Notes under the pieces: generated by a model | What the model was told of the DNA's origin: nothing | Databases searched by the model: none | The model's input: the letters and a program-made list of their open reading frames with translations, nothing else | Program-made: the position numbers and the translations under genes | In this document: one piece after another, positions 11,400 through 22,799 of the stretch | How positions within the stretch are numbered: the first letter of the stretch is position 1 | Layout: each line of letters begins with the position of its first letter | Source of the DNA: Atractiella rhizophila | Lineage: Eukaryota | Reading direction: 5' to 3' | Assembly (NCBI GenBank): GCA_021432655.1 | Contig: MU271225.1 | Coordinates: forward strand, 62,001 to 100,013 | Length of the DNA: 38,013 bases

Positions 11400-11619
11400 T
11401 ACAATGGTGACCAGTCAAATGTGCACAAAGTATTGATACCTTGTTCTGTTACATTTTGTCCTCGCTAGAACTAGAACTATCTCTGTCTGTTGGGTACTAT
11501 ATACAATAGCCTTGTTGTCGCTCTTCATGCCTGTGGAAACCTCCCAAAATGTACATATGTCACGTCACACTTATTGCACTCCTCTCTCTTCGAGAGTCCA
11601 GAGAACGAAAACCGAGAGC

Positions 11620-14600
11620 TCATTGAGTTTCACATGGCGCGTCTTCATCATCGTCTCCTCCAACCAATCTAACCCTCACTCCTCCGATGTGGGCATCATC
11701 CTCAGCATCATCTGGGAGAGATGAGAGCCTGGTGTTACGATTTAAAAGAGAAAGCAATACGCTTATCTATCGCCCCATCATCCTTTAGTTGTCGATCCAC
11801 ATAACTCCATCCACAACAAGGATTGGGAGGAAAGACTTGGGAAAGGAGAAGTAAAAGCTCACTGGGATCGTACTAGGAGGTAAGCGCATCCTTCTACGCC
11901 CGTTCATATTGTTTTGCCTGATCGCTTCTGCATTTTCCAACTTTGCAAACCTCCTCGATACTTTCACACCGGAATCGTCCGCGTTCGAAGTCGTGGGGGC
12001 AAAGATCTTGACGCTCTGGTCGATCCCGCTGATCGCCAACACGGGCAGTTTGGGATGGGTCTGCATCACGTTCACTGTATCACTGTCTCCCTCATAGATT
12101 CCCACCAGCTCCGTCGTCTCCTTATTCCAGCTGCACAACCGGCATTAGGATGAGCAAAGGCACAAGACGAGTGGTCATGAGAAAGACTGACATGAAGAAG
12201 TTCCCATCGTCCGACCCGGATATCACGAATTCGTCCTTTGGTCCAGTGAACTGGCGAAGCATCAGATGTCAACCTCAAAAAGAAATGATAAGCTTACATT
12301 CACATCCTTCACCGTCGCTGAATTCAAGTGACCGTCGAACGAACGCAGCGGGAACACGACAGGCACGTCCTTTTCGGGATAAGATCTTCTGTGTCGACTA
12401 CTGAACATAAACAATTCCTCCTCATCGTCTTCATCGTCTTCATCGTCTTCCATCGTGGCTTCTTCACCTTCCTCATCTGCAACGGGCTCCATGCCTGAGC
12501 TCATCGGAGCTTCGCCTCCTGGGGACGAGGCTGCCGGCTCCGTGGCCATCTCCCTTTGCGGAAGAACTTCCACTCCTTTTTCGAGTTGTTCAGCGAGTGG
12601 GGGCATATCTACAGGATCAGCGCTAAGATCCGTGCTCGCTTGAGCCTCGCTTTCATCCCCCTGAGGCACCACCACTTCCACTTGGGACGATTCCGCCGGT
12701 TGACCAGAACCTTCCCCCATCTCAATCTCTGGTATTGGATCCGCATGAGGTTCGGCGCCGGAAGAAATTTGAACATCCACCTTGACCTCTCCATTTTCGC
12801 CGATCGTAACTTCATAAGAATAATTCCTCTGTTCTGCTCCATCAGCCTCTTCAGAGCTTGTGTCAGTTCTCGCAAGTGCGGAGCTGGATGCTTGATTGGG
12901 AGAGGATGGTGCCGACATTTTTTTCTTCTTTGGTCCTTCGTCTGACCCTTCCTCTCCGCTTCGCTGTCGTTTTGATAGCGTGGGCCTTGCCAGTTGAGCT
13001 GTCGGCTCAAAATCAGGGGAGTCAAAGATGTCGAAAATGTAGACCGGGCCGCCAGAATAGCTGACCAGTAACTAAGTGATGATTATCAGGCCCGTCCTAA
13101 CCATGTTTAGATAAGAGTTCCGAAGACTGACTTCTCGTCCATTATTGTCGCTCATCTTCGTCGCAGTAATATGTCTGTCTCGCCTCCTTCTCCTTTTCTT
13201 CTTTCTTATCTCCTCCCCACCTGGCCCTTTGTTGACTTCCTCATACACCTCCACCGTTGGTAATCCGAACCTCCTAACACATTGCGTCTCGAGGCTAGCA
13301 ACCGGATGCACGCCCCAATCCATCAACATCGGACGAGGGAGCATTCTTCGATCGTGTAAATAGGCGTACGGAGAAGTACCTGCGACAGTGAAGAGGTAGG
13401 GACGGATTTTAGAGAGAGAGAGCGAGTAGAAAGAGAGCCCGCTGGCGGAGTAGTCTACCAATGGGGGTGGACAAGAGGAAAAGTTGTGATTACGAAGGCC
13501 CATCAGACGGCAGTTGTGGTGCACTCGCAGATCGTGTTGTCTGATTGGTCGTTGAACAGCTATTCCCTGTGATGCAGCGCTTCGAACCTACCGCACTGTT
13601 CCATCCTGCTTGATGTCAGCATCAGGCCAAATAATACACAATGGCGTACTTCAGAGCAAGTGAGGAAGATATCCTCGCTGTCCTCCGTCGCAATTCTCTT
13701 CACCCTATCCTCTTCATCAACCTCAGCCTCCAACAGTCAAACGACATACCTATCAGTATGGCACCTTAACACCCTCATCAACATGCCACTCTCAGTCCCA
13801 TACTCCGTCCACTCCCTCCTCCCTCCCCACCTATTCCTTCCGCGCATCACTTCTCCACTCACATTGGGAAGGGAAAAATCGAAAATACGGATCTCGGAAT
13901 CACCTAGATCGAATCTCCAATCAACACTATATTGAGGAGGAAAGAGGAGTGTGGTGTGCACCAGCAGCGGAGAAGAGTCTGGAGGGTTTGCCGGGTGCGA
14001 ATTTGACGCTGAAAATGTTGGCTCTGTGACCTGTACCACATGGTTGAGGATAATGTTTCGCTCTAGATGACAAAGCCATACCAGTGTAAATAACCTCACT
14101 TAATCCCATTCCTAAATTCGGGGTGTCCCAGGACCATTCGGAGACGATCACTTCTTCGCTATCCTCCGACGGTGAAAGCGAGCGTTGCGCTGACATCGGA
14201 TCGCGGTTGGTGGGTTCATTGCCAATCTTCCAGATACATATTCTGGAGAGAGATGTCAGTTTGGCATTCTCCCAGGTAAATGCAAATGTCTCGACGACTA
14301 GAGAGTTGACTACATGCAATCAATAGCCCTGCGCAATTACACTGAAGCACATGGACACATCTGTATGTTAGTAAACTGAAGGGATGATAAGTTCAATGTT
14401 CTAAGACCACAAGGGTTCAAAGCATACACTTCTAGTCACAGCATTAGGAAAACATATGTGTTATGCTCTTCGTCCTGAGAGAGGAGCGGCAATAGCAGGA
14501 TTTGATACCAACATACTAAGAGATAGAATGGAACGCACAACTCGACATTGAGAAGCTTGAGGACTGATTGCCACAAATGACCCTCGAGCGCCGTCATTTA

Positions 14601-14911
14601 CATAAGAAATCTGACCTTTTATCATCACTTCCACTAGCCAATTTCTGCCCATCCTCACTCCAACAAAGCGCATTCACACAGCCCTTGTGTCCATAATGAC
14701 CAAAGGGAGCTGCAGGTAAGCCAGCAGGACGCTCGATTTTCCGTTCGCTTTCGTCTCCGTCAACCCTTCCGAGCACTTGGACGCGGTCAAGGCGATGGTA
14801 CAGTGAGGGGAAATAGCTGCTTCGCTTGAGATTGAGCATCCTCAGTCGTTTCGATCGTCCATCAATCAAAGGAAATGGTGAATTTGAAATGCGGTCAATG
14901 CCACGTGACAT
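11620..14911 (-). CDS. WD40-repeat protein, DCAF6/DCAF8/WDTC1-like CUL4-DDB1 substrate receptor; multi-exon, start uncertain
   Basis: Exons encode GHKGCVNALCWSEDGQKLASGSDD, GHRANIFSVKF, HTDR/VKRIATE..FLTCSE/DGTV, NSATVKDVN/FTGPKDEFVISGSDDGNFFM/WNK and VNVMQTHPKLPVLAISGIDQSVKIF. A long acidic insert lies at 12300-13000. The predicted last exon ends ...APCETQ* (TGA 11620-11622). Confidence 0.88.
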
Positions 14912-15334
14912 ACCAGGAGGAAAACTCTACTGTGAAAGCATTCGAAGCTGGAGAACCAGAGAGCCCGATGCTGAGGTTGATACTGGCCAAGCTGTGTGAG
15001 CGGAGCGTTATCCGACTCTTTGAGGACAAAATTGGCGCGATTACTTTCCCACCAAGTCCCATTTGCTCGCAGATCCAAGGATTAATGTCCAGCCTAGATG
15101 CGACATTACATCTTGATTCTGCGTCAAGATTCTTCGTTTGAAAGATTGAGTGTTTCTATGCGTACTGACGGTCATAACAGACCTGTTGAAGGGAGGGTCT
15201 TTTTGATTTCCTGCCTTGTGTTAGAAATCGAGAGAATACAGTCAATGCCATCCGGAATATTTTTCCATATCAAAGTCTTCCCTCCCCTTAGACTTCTAGG
15301 AATCAGGAGACAGCTAAACAAATGCATTCCGGCT

Positions 15335-15408
15335 TATTTCACCATGACTTTTTATTTCACCATGACTTTTTATTTCACCATGACCTTTTTGTTTCACCAT
15401 GACCTTTT
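15335..15408. repeat. 18-19 bp minisatellite, 4 copies (TATTTCACCATGACTTTT)
   Basis: Units start at 15335, 15353, 15371 and 15390. Confidence 0.95.
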
Positions 15409-16245
15409 CATTACAGGCATTGATTCTGCCCGAGGCACTCAATCTGAGGCAATATGTATGGAAACAGCCTTGACCCAATTCCTCCCAGCTTTTTTGTTTA
15501 GGCTAGGTTGGTTGGACTTGTGCGATGGCCTTTCGACCTGCTATGGGAAATCCACTCGTGATCGAATTTGGACTAAGAGAGCAGAGCAGGAGCCATGAGG
15601 ATCGTTTCTTTTCTTGAGGATGGACGAAATAATCATAGCTGAGAAAAGGGTGTAGACTAATTTCTCCGCTCAACTCTCCCTCTCTCCTCTAAGTTCGGTT
15701 AATGATTTTAAGTGGACTTGGGGACCCTTTATACATTTCCTGAGTTATATGACCAGTTACGGTTTACGGCGGCAACCGAGGTCAGAGTTGCGGTCACCTC
15801 GGCCTTGAGAACATTGTTTGAAACAAGGATGAGTCTCATCTCCGCAAGCTGGTGATGAAGCAAGACTTTCTTTGCTCGGGAAAAAGACCGTTTTCAGGGT
15901 ATCGAGAAGGTTAGGAAACATGGCAAGTCCAATGAAAATTTAGTGAAACGTCCGGGAAGAAGTCCTCGCTCTTAGGTCCTTTATATACTCTATCATATCT
16001 TCGCCTTCCCAACATCTCCACGCTATTACACCATTCCGGTGCCTTCATTGATCCTTGCAGTTCGCGATCATTTAGCCTTTATGATGGGTATCTGGTTGTG
16101 AAAATCTTTACCGAAGTACCGTCTGTCGTTGTCCTTGAACAACCAACGGGGCACCAAGACCAAGCTCATCAATCAAAACCACACTCGTTCCATCTTCCCT
16201 CCCTTCCAGTCCTTTCTTCAGTCGTTTGGGTTTCAGCTCAATAGC

Positions 16246-18372
16246 ATGATGGTTTCTTCTCAAGCTCTTGGCCTTTTCTCGCTACTCTGTTTTGTGCTCG
16301 CTCAACAAAACCTCGTTCGCAATCCATCATTCGAGGATCTCAACGCCACTTCCAATCAACCAGAGCATTGGCAGACACATTTCTTCGAGTTCCCTACAAC
16401 TTGGATTAGCCCTGATGACACTTTGAATTTCACCGCTGGGCTTGGTACGTTTCTGCTTGTTTATCGGACGAGGATATTGCCACAGGAAGGGGCATCGCTG
16501 ACTGATTGGTCGCCGAGGTAGAGGTGAGAAATAACGCCACGGATGCCCAAGATGGAGTGAGACATGTTGCCATGTGGGATTGTGTCGAGTTTTGGCAAGA
16601 CGAAATCCTCGTTCAACCTGGAGGAACATAGTTCGTCCTTTCTTGCCCTTGCACATGCGATCTCAAACTGATACACTGTCACAGTCAACTAAGCTATTGG
16701 GCAAATCACAACGCTTCTGCTATTCCAACACCTCAACTCGATTACATTCACGGAATTTCGTGGGCTGGGGCGAGTCCAAATCCAATCATCCATGTCGGAG
16801 ACTGTGAGTTTCTCCCTGAACCAGCCAGAAGTGGAACGTAACTGTACGAATTCTAGCTGGATGGCAGCAGATCTCGCTCACGGGAATCATTAACACCACG
16901 ACCACTCGCATCTTCTTCTTGTGGGCACAGTGCGTCTGTTCCTTCACTGTTTTATGGATAAACTCATGAACGGATGTAGAAAAGCGGCTGAACTACGGTT
17001 TGCTACCTTACATTCCATCTTATCCATGATGACTTTGCGTCGGTAGCATTGACAACGTCTCTCTGAAACTTGTCGCTGGACCTCCGGAAGATAACGCAGT
17101 CCCAATCAACCTGCTCCAGAATGGAGGGTTTGAAGATTCCGAGTCTGATGTTGCTCCTTGGGAGTGTGACTCTGTTTGCTGTACGTCGGTTCCCTCATTC
17201 TGCACCGCAACATGCTCAGTTGCATTTACTTGTTTAGCAATATATACTCCAACGGGGGTGTACTATCCTCCTGAAGGCTTAAATCAGCTGCATTTTTCTC
17301 CCGTCTCTTCCTTGTCCGCCGGGACCTTGACCCAGAAAACAAAGAGTGTGTTCAATACCACCTAGTGAGTATTATCCTGTCCTTCGACAGACGGCGTCTG
17401 ATGTCTGCCTGCCAGTGATATAAGTTTTCTGGCGCACACAACTGGTTGGCACTCTGCTTGAAGCAGGAATGATGCCTCTTAACGTGACGTGAACAGGGGT
17501 AGAAACTGATTCGGACCTAAGAGTCGCATTGGGTAATGATTCCCAATTGTTTAAAATCTCCCCTGGCGCAGAATATACGGGTAAGCATGCTATGCTCGAT
17601 GCATCCAACAAGTCTATTCTCATTGAATGCATTCTAGGACCGTTTGGAAGCTTCAAAGCATCACTTGTTGCTACAGGGGATGATGATGATATGGTTTTCA
17701 CCTTTAACACGTTTGTTCCCTATTCTCTTCGGAAGGTATCACTTATACTCCTGCCTCCAGACCGAATGCCTTCCTGAGGCTCGATGACGTACGAATGTAC
17801 AAGAGTAATGCTCCTCGAGCGCCAACTCTCGACCCTCTTGGCAATAACTCGGGGAAGAAGTCCAGTAAGGGTCCTGTCATCGGAGGAGCAGTGGGGGGAG
17901 TCCTTGGAGCGCTTGTCATCGGGATTATTGTCTTCTTTGTCTTCAGAAGGAGACAACAGCGTACCGACAAAAACAAAATGATGGATGCAACGATTCTTCG
18001 GGAGGAGTTTGAAAAGTTCACTAGCAGTGCGTAGACTGTTGTGTTCATATCAATGTTGGACTAATCATGTGTGGATTAGATTCAGACAGCACCGTCGCTG
18101 GCTCTCCGTCTCCTTTCATGTCTAGCGAACACAGTTATCCCAGCTACGGTGGCACGGTTCCAAGCATGCCTCGCTTTTCCAACGTGCCAGAGCTTCAGAC
18201 TACGACTCCGCGTCCTCCGACTGGCATGAGCGTCAACAATCCCCACCTTCCTGACACCTACAGTCGTTGGGACCATTCGCCTTCTCCATTCCATCCTGTC
18301 CCCAACTCTGCAAGAACAACGAGTCAGTCCGCTGGCGATGCTCAAAGTGTTTGGTCTCATGCTACTCGATAA
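16246..18372 (+). CDS. single-pass type I membrane protein with CBM4/9-like (galactose-binding-fold) extracellular repeats; multi-exon
   Basis: Signal peptide MMVSSQALGLFSLLCFVLA. Motifs NLVRNPSFED (~16310) and NLLQNGGFED (~17110). TM segment VIGGAVGGVLGALVIGIIVFFVF followed by RRRQQR. Ser/Pro-rich tail to TAA at 18372. Many GT-AG introns. Confidence 0.75.
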
Positions 18373-18850
18373 TGTTGGGCAGTTAATAGGTCTATTCGAT
18401 TGGATTTTGACTGGCTGGACCTTAAAGTTTTGTGCAGATTTTAACTGGGATGTTTCAAATCCACTCTTCTGTTTTTTGTGCTTCGTCTGTACGATGTCCA
18501 GTTTCACACTTCAAAGCAGTTTGGTTTTAACTTTCAATATGTTTAACCGCTGCATCCAACTTGCAGCTGGAGTGTTGCGCAATGAGTATCTCTGCATTCT
18601 TCGCCTGTGACTACCGTGCCTACTAGTATAGTTTGTAGCATCTGTTCCAAGAGCAGTAACGTCATCCGTTCTCAAGACCAGGCGAGCTTCAAGTGAAAGC
18701 GTCTAGACTTCTACCATGAAATGTGCCCTTGCCATCTGCAGGTTCTACAGGTTACGCAACTGTAACGAATGTCGATACCCTCAGTACTTTCACAGGGCCA
18801 CACTAAATAGTTTCAATAGCGGCGCTTATCCTAAATGCAACGACCAACTA

Positions 18851-20106
18851 TCAACCAGCAGTCATTTCTGCAATCTTCTCTTCAGCCCAATGCAGACCCC
18901 GTTCCAATTCGTTGCGCGCTTTGTCCTTCTTCACGATTTGCACCTCCCAACCCTCCTCTCCTTCCTTCGGCCAATCGCTCTCGTACAACCACCACGGATG
19001 GATTCCTTCCGTAACATGGTATACGTTACCAATGAGCACTTCTTTTTCATCCAAGAATGCTGGCTTCCCAATGCGACATAGGAACCTTTCTCGTATCCTA
19101 GACTCTTGTACTGAATATGGCTGAACCGATGCTGGAATCGAGGCGTGTTCAAAGGGATTTGGAAAGGAAGCAGACATGAAGGAGAAAGACAAACAAAAAT
19201 CTTCGGCACGTGATGCTGCCGAAGAAAATTCGAAGTCAAGTAGAGCGGTGATACGATGCGGTTGTGTAGGAGTAACCAGAATATTTCTTCGCTCTAACGT
19301 TACGATATTACTCCAATACACCGGGTCTCTGGAGAAACTTACCGAGATCTCCATGACAAAAGAACGCTTCTTCATCTTCACAACCCTGGAGAAGCACTTC
19401 AATGCCTTCTTCAAAACGTCGAAGCGGCTCTTCCAAATCCGACCAGTCGCTGAGAAACTTGTTTTCACGTAGGTTCTTGATATGGAAGCGGGCCTTCTCC
19501 CGATAAAAGGCGGACACGGAGGGCAGAGGTCCTGCGTAAGGCTCCAGCACCGTTTTCCCAACCGCGACAGTCCCATCCGGCTGCGTTCGAAGTCCTCCAA
19601 AGCCCTTGAACCTGATAGAGCGCATTTGGGCCACATATTTTCCAATTTCGTCAACGATGCCCAATTTGTCTTCTTCTCCCAACTCATTCCATACCTCTTC
19701 CAGAGTTACGCCGCTCATGTGCTCCATAATCATCCAATCCAATTGGCTAGGGACGATATCAGAAACTTGATGAGAATGTGACACAAATGAAGCGTAAACT
19801 GTCGGCACTGGGATGGTGGTGCGCTGTCGGATGACGCTCAAAGCGGCGATCTCATTTTCGGACTTCTGGGGGAATATCTTGGAGGGGCTTAATCGCAGCA
19901 CGTAGGAGGTTGTAGGAGTCCAGACTATGTAACAGCGATTATTGTACGATATGGGAATCTCCGAGATCGAAGTAACCTGGATTGTTGTGCATCAAATAGG
20001 ATGAATGCTCCATTTCAGAACATACCGCAACTCCCAAAACTGCATCAAATAATCTCTTTATTGCGGCATCATCTAGTCTAACGTGCTTTTTGGGTCCTTC
20101 TCCCAT
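18851..20106 (-). CDS. aminoglycoside-phosphotransferase/choline-kinase-like (APH family) kinase
   Basis: SYNNRCYIV, ENEIAALSVIRQRTTIPVPTVY, WMIMEHMSG, HGDL/ERRNILV (across an intron at ~19295-19343) and ITALLDFEFS. A first intron at ~19979-20027 joins the exon starting at ATG 20106. Confidence 0.85.
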
Positions 20107-20826
20107 TCTGTGTAGACACCACTGCGTCGTCTCTTGGCATGGTGCAAAGCAATCCAGCTCCCTCAGCCTCTTAAGAGACAGCCTTCGATGACTCGAGTCC
20201 TTGCCCCACAAGATGCTAGACGAATGGACGAATGCATGATTCTTACCTATGCTAGTCGTTTTCTAAGACGATTATTTGGGCAAGTGGGGAAGTTGGATGC
20301 ACCATGTCATAACAACTTGAAGCGGTTTTGTCCAAATCATCACGCGGACGGTTTCCTGTCCATTCTCAACTTGAATGCCTCCTTGTTGTCCAGTTCAATT
20401 TCTTGCTGTTCTTTGTCGAGCCTCTGTTGCAGGCATGGGCAACTGGAATCGCATGTTTATAACAGGAAGGGAGAATGCCTTGCGTATTTATTGGACACTA
20501 CTCGTGGAGTAACACATTGCAACGCCAACTGCAGACTTCATTGAAACAGACGGATGGATGAATGGAGCAAATTGAGAGATGAGCACAGAGTGGTGAGGAC
20601 ATAGAAGGACCGTCTGATTGAACCGCTTCAGACGTTCTTTATACATAGACAGATATAGAACCAGATATAGAAGCAAAAGGGACATGGCGATTCCTACCGA
20701 GGCTCCAAGGCTTTGACACAAAACTTACAACAACATCAGTCAAATAAATGGAAGTCAAATGCACAACGAAGCATCTGCGTCCAATAACGAAATATAATGA
20801 ACTAGAATCTGTAAGACTGAAACAAT

Positions 20827-22368
20827 CTACGAATGCCCTGCTGGCATTCGATCGTAGTTGTTCTGAGGAAATAAGGAGGAATGTCGTTGAAGGAACTCGC
20901 TTTCGCCTTCGTCATAGTAAGTGTGGGCTGGGATATCGCTTCGAAATGCTTGAAAATGTCCGTATTGCGGCGCAGAACCGGCGTAACCAGAATCGTGCTC
21001 GTAAAGGTGGTCGTTATTATCCATATTCGCATCGAAAGGAGGGCTGTTGTTTTGCTGATAATGCCGCTCTCCTGGTGAAGAATTCGGCGAATACATTCCA
21101 GTTTGACGAGGAGGTGAATACATCCCAGCTTGTCGGGGAGGCGAATACATCCCTGGTTGACGAGGAGGTGAATACATCCCAGCTTGTCGGGGAGGCGAAT
21201 ACATCCCTGGTTGACGAGGAGGCGAATACCGGTGAGGCTGGTTAGGTGATGAATAGATTCCAGTCTGGCGAGGTGGCGAGGTTTCAAGAGGATCTGATGG
21301 GGAAAAGAATCCATTGTCCCGTCCATACGGGCTTTGGCTGTTTTGGCTGATATTGGCAGATGGAGGCGTTCCTCGCGTCCCCGAATGAGGAGACGTCGAC
21401 GCCAGAGTGTTCCTTCTTTGCCCTGAACTTTGGAAAGCGGGACGTGGAGGTGTGTATGGAGTGTGATAAGGAGGTTGCACCCGCATCCAAGGAGTACGTG
21501 GTACGTCGAAGGTGGGAGAGGGGAAGTAGTTGGGGGAAGTCATATGATTTGGACGGTTTGGGTTGCCGGGAGCGTTGGACGGAGAAGGTCGCATGGGGAT
21601 GGGGATGGCACGTTCATTTCCAACACCGTCTGTCTGAGCTTCCTTCTCCCTCTGCTCTGCCTTGAAGTCATACCACACCTTTTGAAGTTTTAGGATGTCC
21701 TGGAGCAGTCGTTTAAGTTCCCGCAATTCTGGCATTTCGAAAGTGGTGTATTCCTCATCGGTGAGGTGATGATCGGAGATGAATTTTCGAAGCTCCTCGT
21801 GACTTGGTGGTGCATTGTTCAACCCTTTCGGAATACGAGATTCCAAGCCTTCGACTAAATAAGGCCTGCTGGGGCGTTCCTGAAGAATCTTTCAAGTTGG
21901 AAGAAGTCAGGCTGGCTAGATGGGAAAGAAGAGTCAACACACCTCGAGTGCTCTTTGCTCATATCGACCTCTGACGTTGAAGTCGCTCTCAGTGAACACA
22001 ACTTCCATTTGTTGGTGAAGCGATATTGCCTTGTCGACCTGAGGCCTGAGATGTCGAATTCTAGCGGCGATTTCGAGCACCACCTTAGAGGAGAGTGTTG
22101 GCCATTCCGACGATCTAACAGGTCGAATGTTGATGCCAGACTTGACCGTTGATCGATTTCTAAAGCAAGGAATCAGTCAACATTGATCGATAAGAGAGAT
22201 AGATTGTTCTTACAGCACAAACATAAGCCATTCCTTGACGGAGAGGCTGAGAAACGAGAAATGAGTAAACGAACGTAACAGGAACGAGCAGGACGAGGGC
22301 ACCTGGAAGTTAGGGAGTAACTGCTGAGTGTCTTTGAAGGCTTCTGAGGGCGATTTAGGGGAGGACAT
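20827..22368 (-). CDS. hypothetical Pro/Ser-rich protein with YSPPRQxGM repeats; spliced, 5' end uncertain
   Basis: 339-codon terminal ORF 20827-21846. An upstream open exon at ~21943-22159 (NRSTVKSG...QRALE) is bounded by AG/GT. Candidate ATG at 22368. Confidence 0.65.
21086..21280 (-). repeat. 27-bp coding tandem repeat (~7 units; core alternates as a 54-bp dimer)
   Basis: On the plus strand, gaatacatcccagcttgtcggggaggc alternates with gaatacatccctggttgacgaggaggt; encodes YSPPRQ(P/A/T)GM. Confidence 0.95.
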
Positions 22369-22799
22369 CGCTCTTTCAGTCAGGTTCAGACTGGAAGATC
22401 GATGGGGGAGATGATGGTATGGTGGAAAGTGCTCAATGACGCTGACTGGTTTTGAAGGACCAGGTGAGCAAGTCACGAACTTTGTGTACAGCGCGTAAGT
22501 CATGTGATGAAATCTCGTGTACGCGACTTCGGGTCCGGGGAGTTGACCGCTTCCTTCTTTTTGTTTTCCTGAACTCCTGATTTCTCATTCTTGACGGGAT
22601 AGCTCGATACCTTGACGATTGGCCCAAAGGGTTTCCTGACAGTTTGCTTCTAAATGCTTTCACAAGGGGATAATGTTGGATTTTCACCCAAATGGCTGAA
22701 GTTAAATCAGAGACATGAAGAGAAAGTTCGTACTGCTCTCGGAACACTGCTGGAAGCTACATAAAACATGATGGAATAATAAATGTTGCCTTTTGCCTT

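Noticed and set aside
15335..15408. Short repeat arrays (also 21086-21280) as CRISPR
   Set aside because: The repeats are directly tandem without unique spacers, the context is eukaryotic and there are no cas genes.
18851..20106. APH gene as a horizontally acquired antibiotic-resistance gene
   Set aside because: It has spliceosomal introns, and APH-like kinases are common in fungi. Substrate cannot be inferred from sequence.
20748..21245. Plus-strand ORF with EEVNTSQLVGEANTSLVD repeats
   Set aside because: It is the antisense shadow of the longer minus-strand ORF, kept open by the 27-bp repeat.
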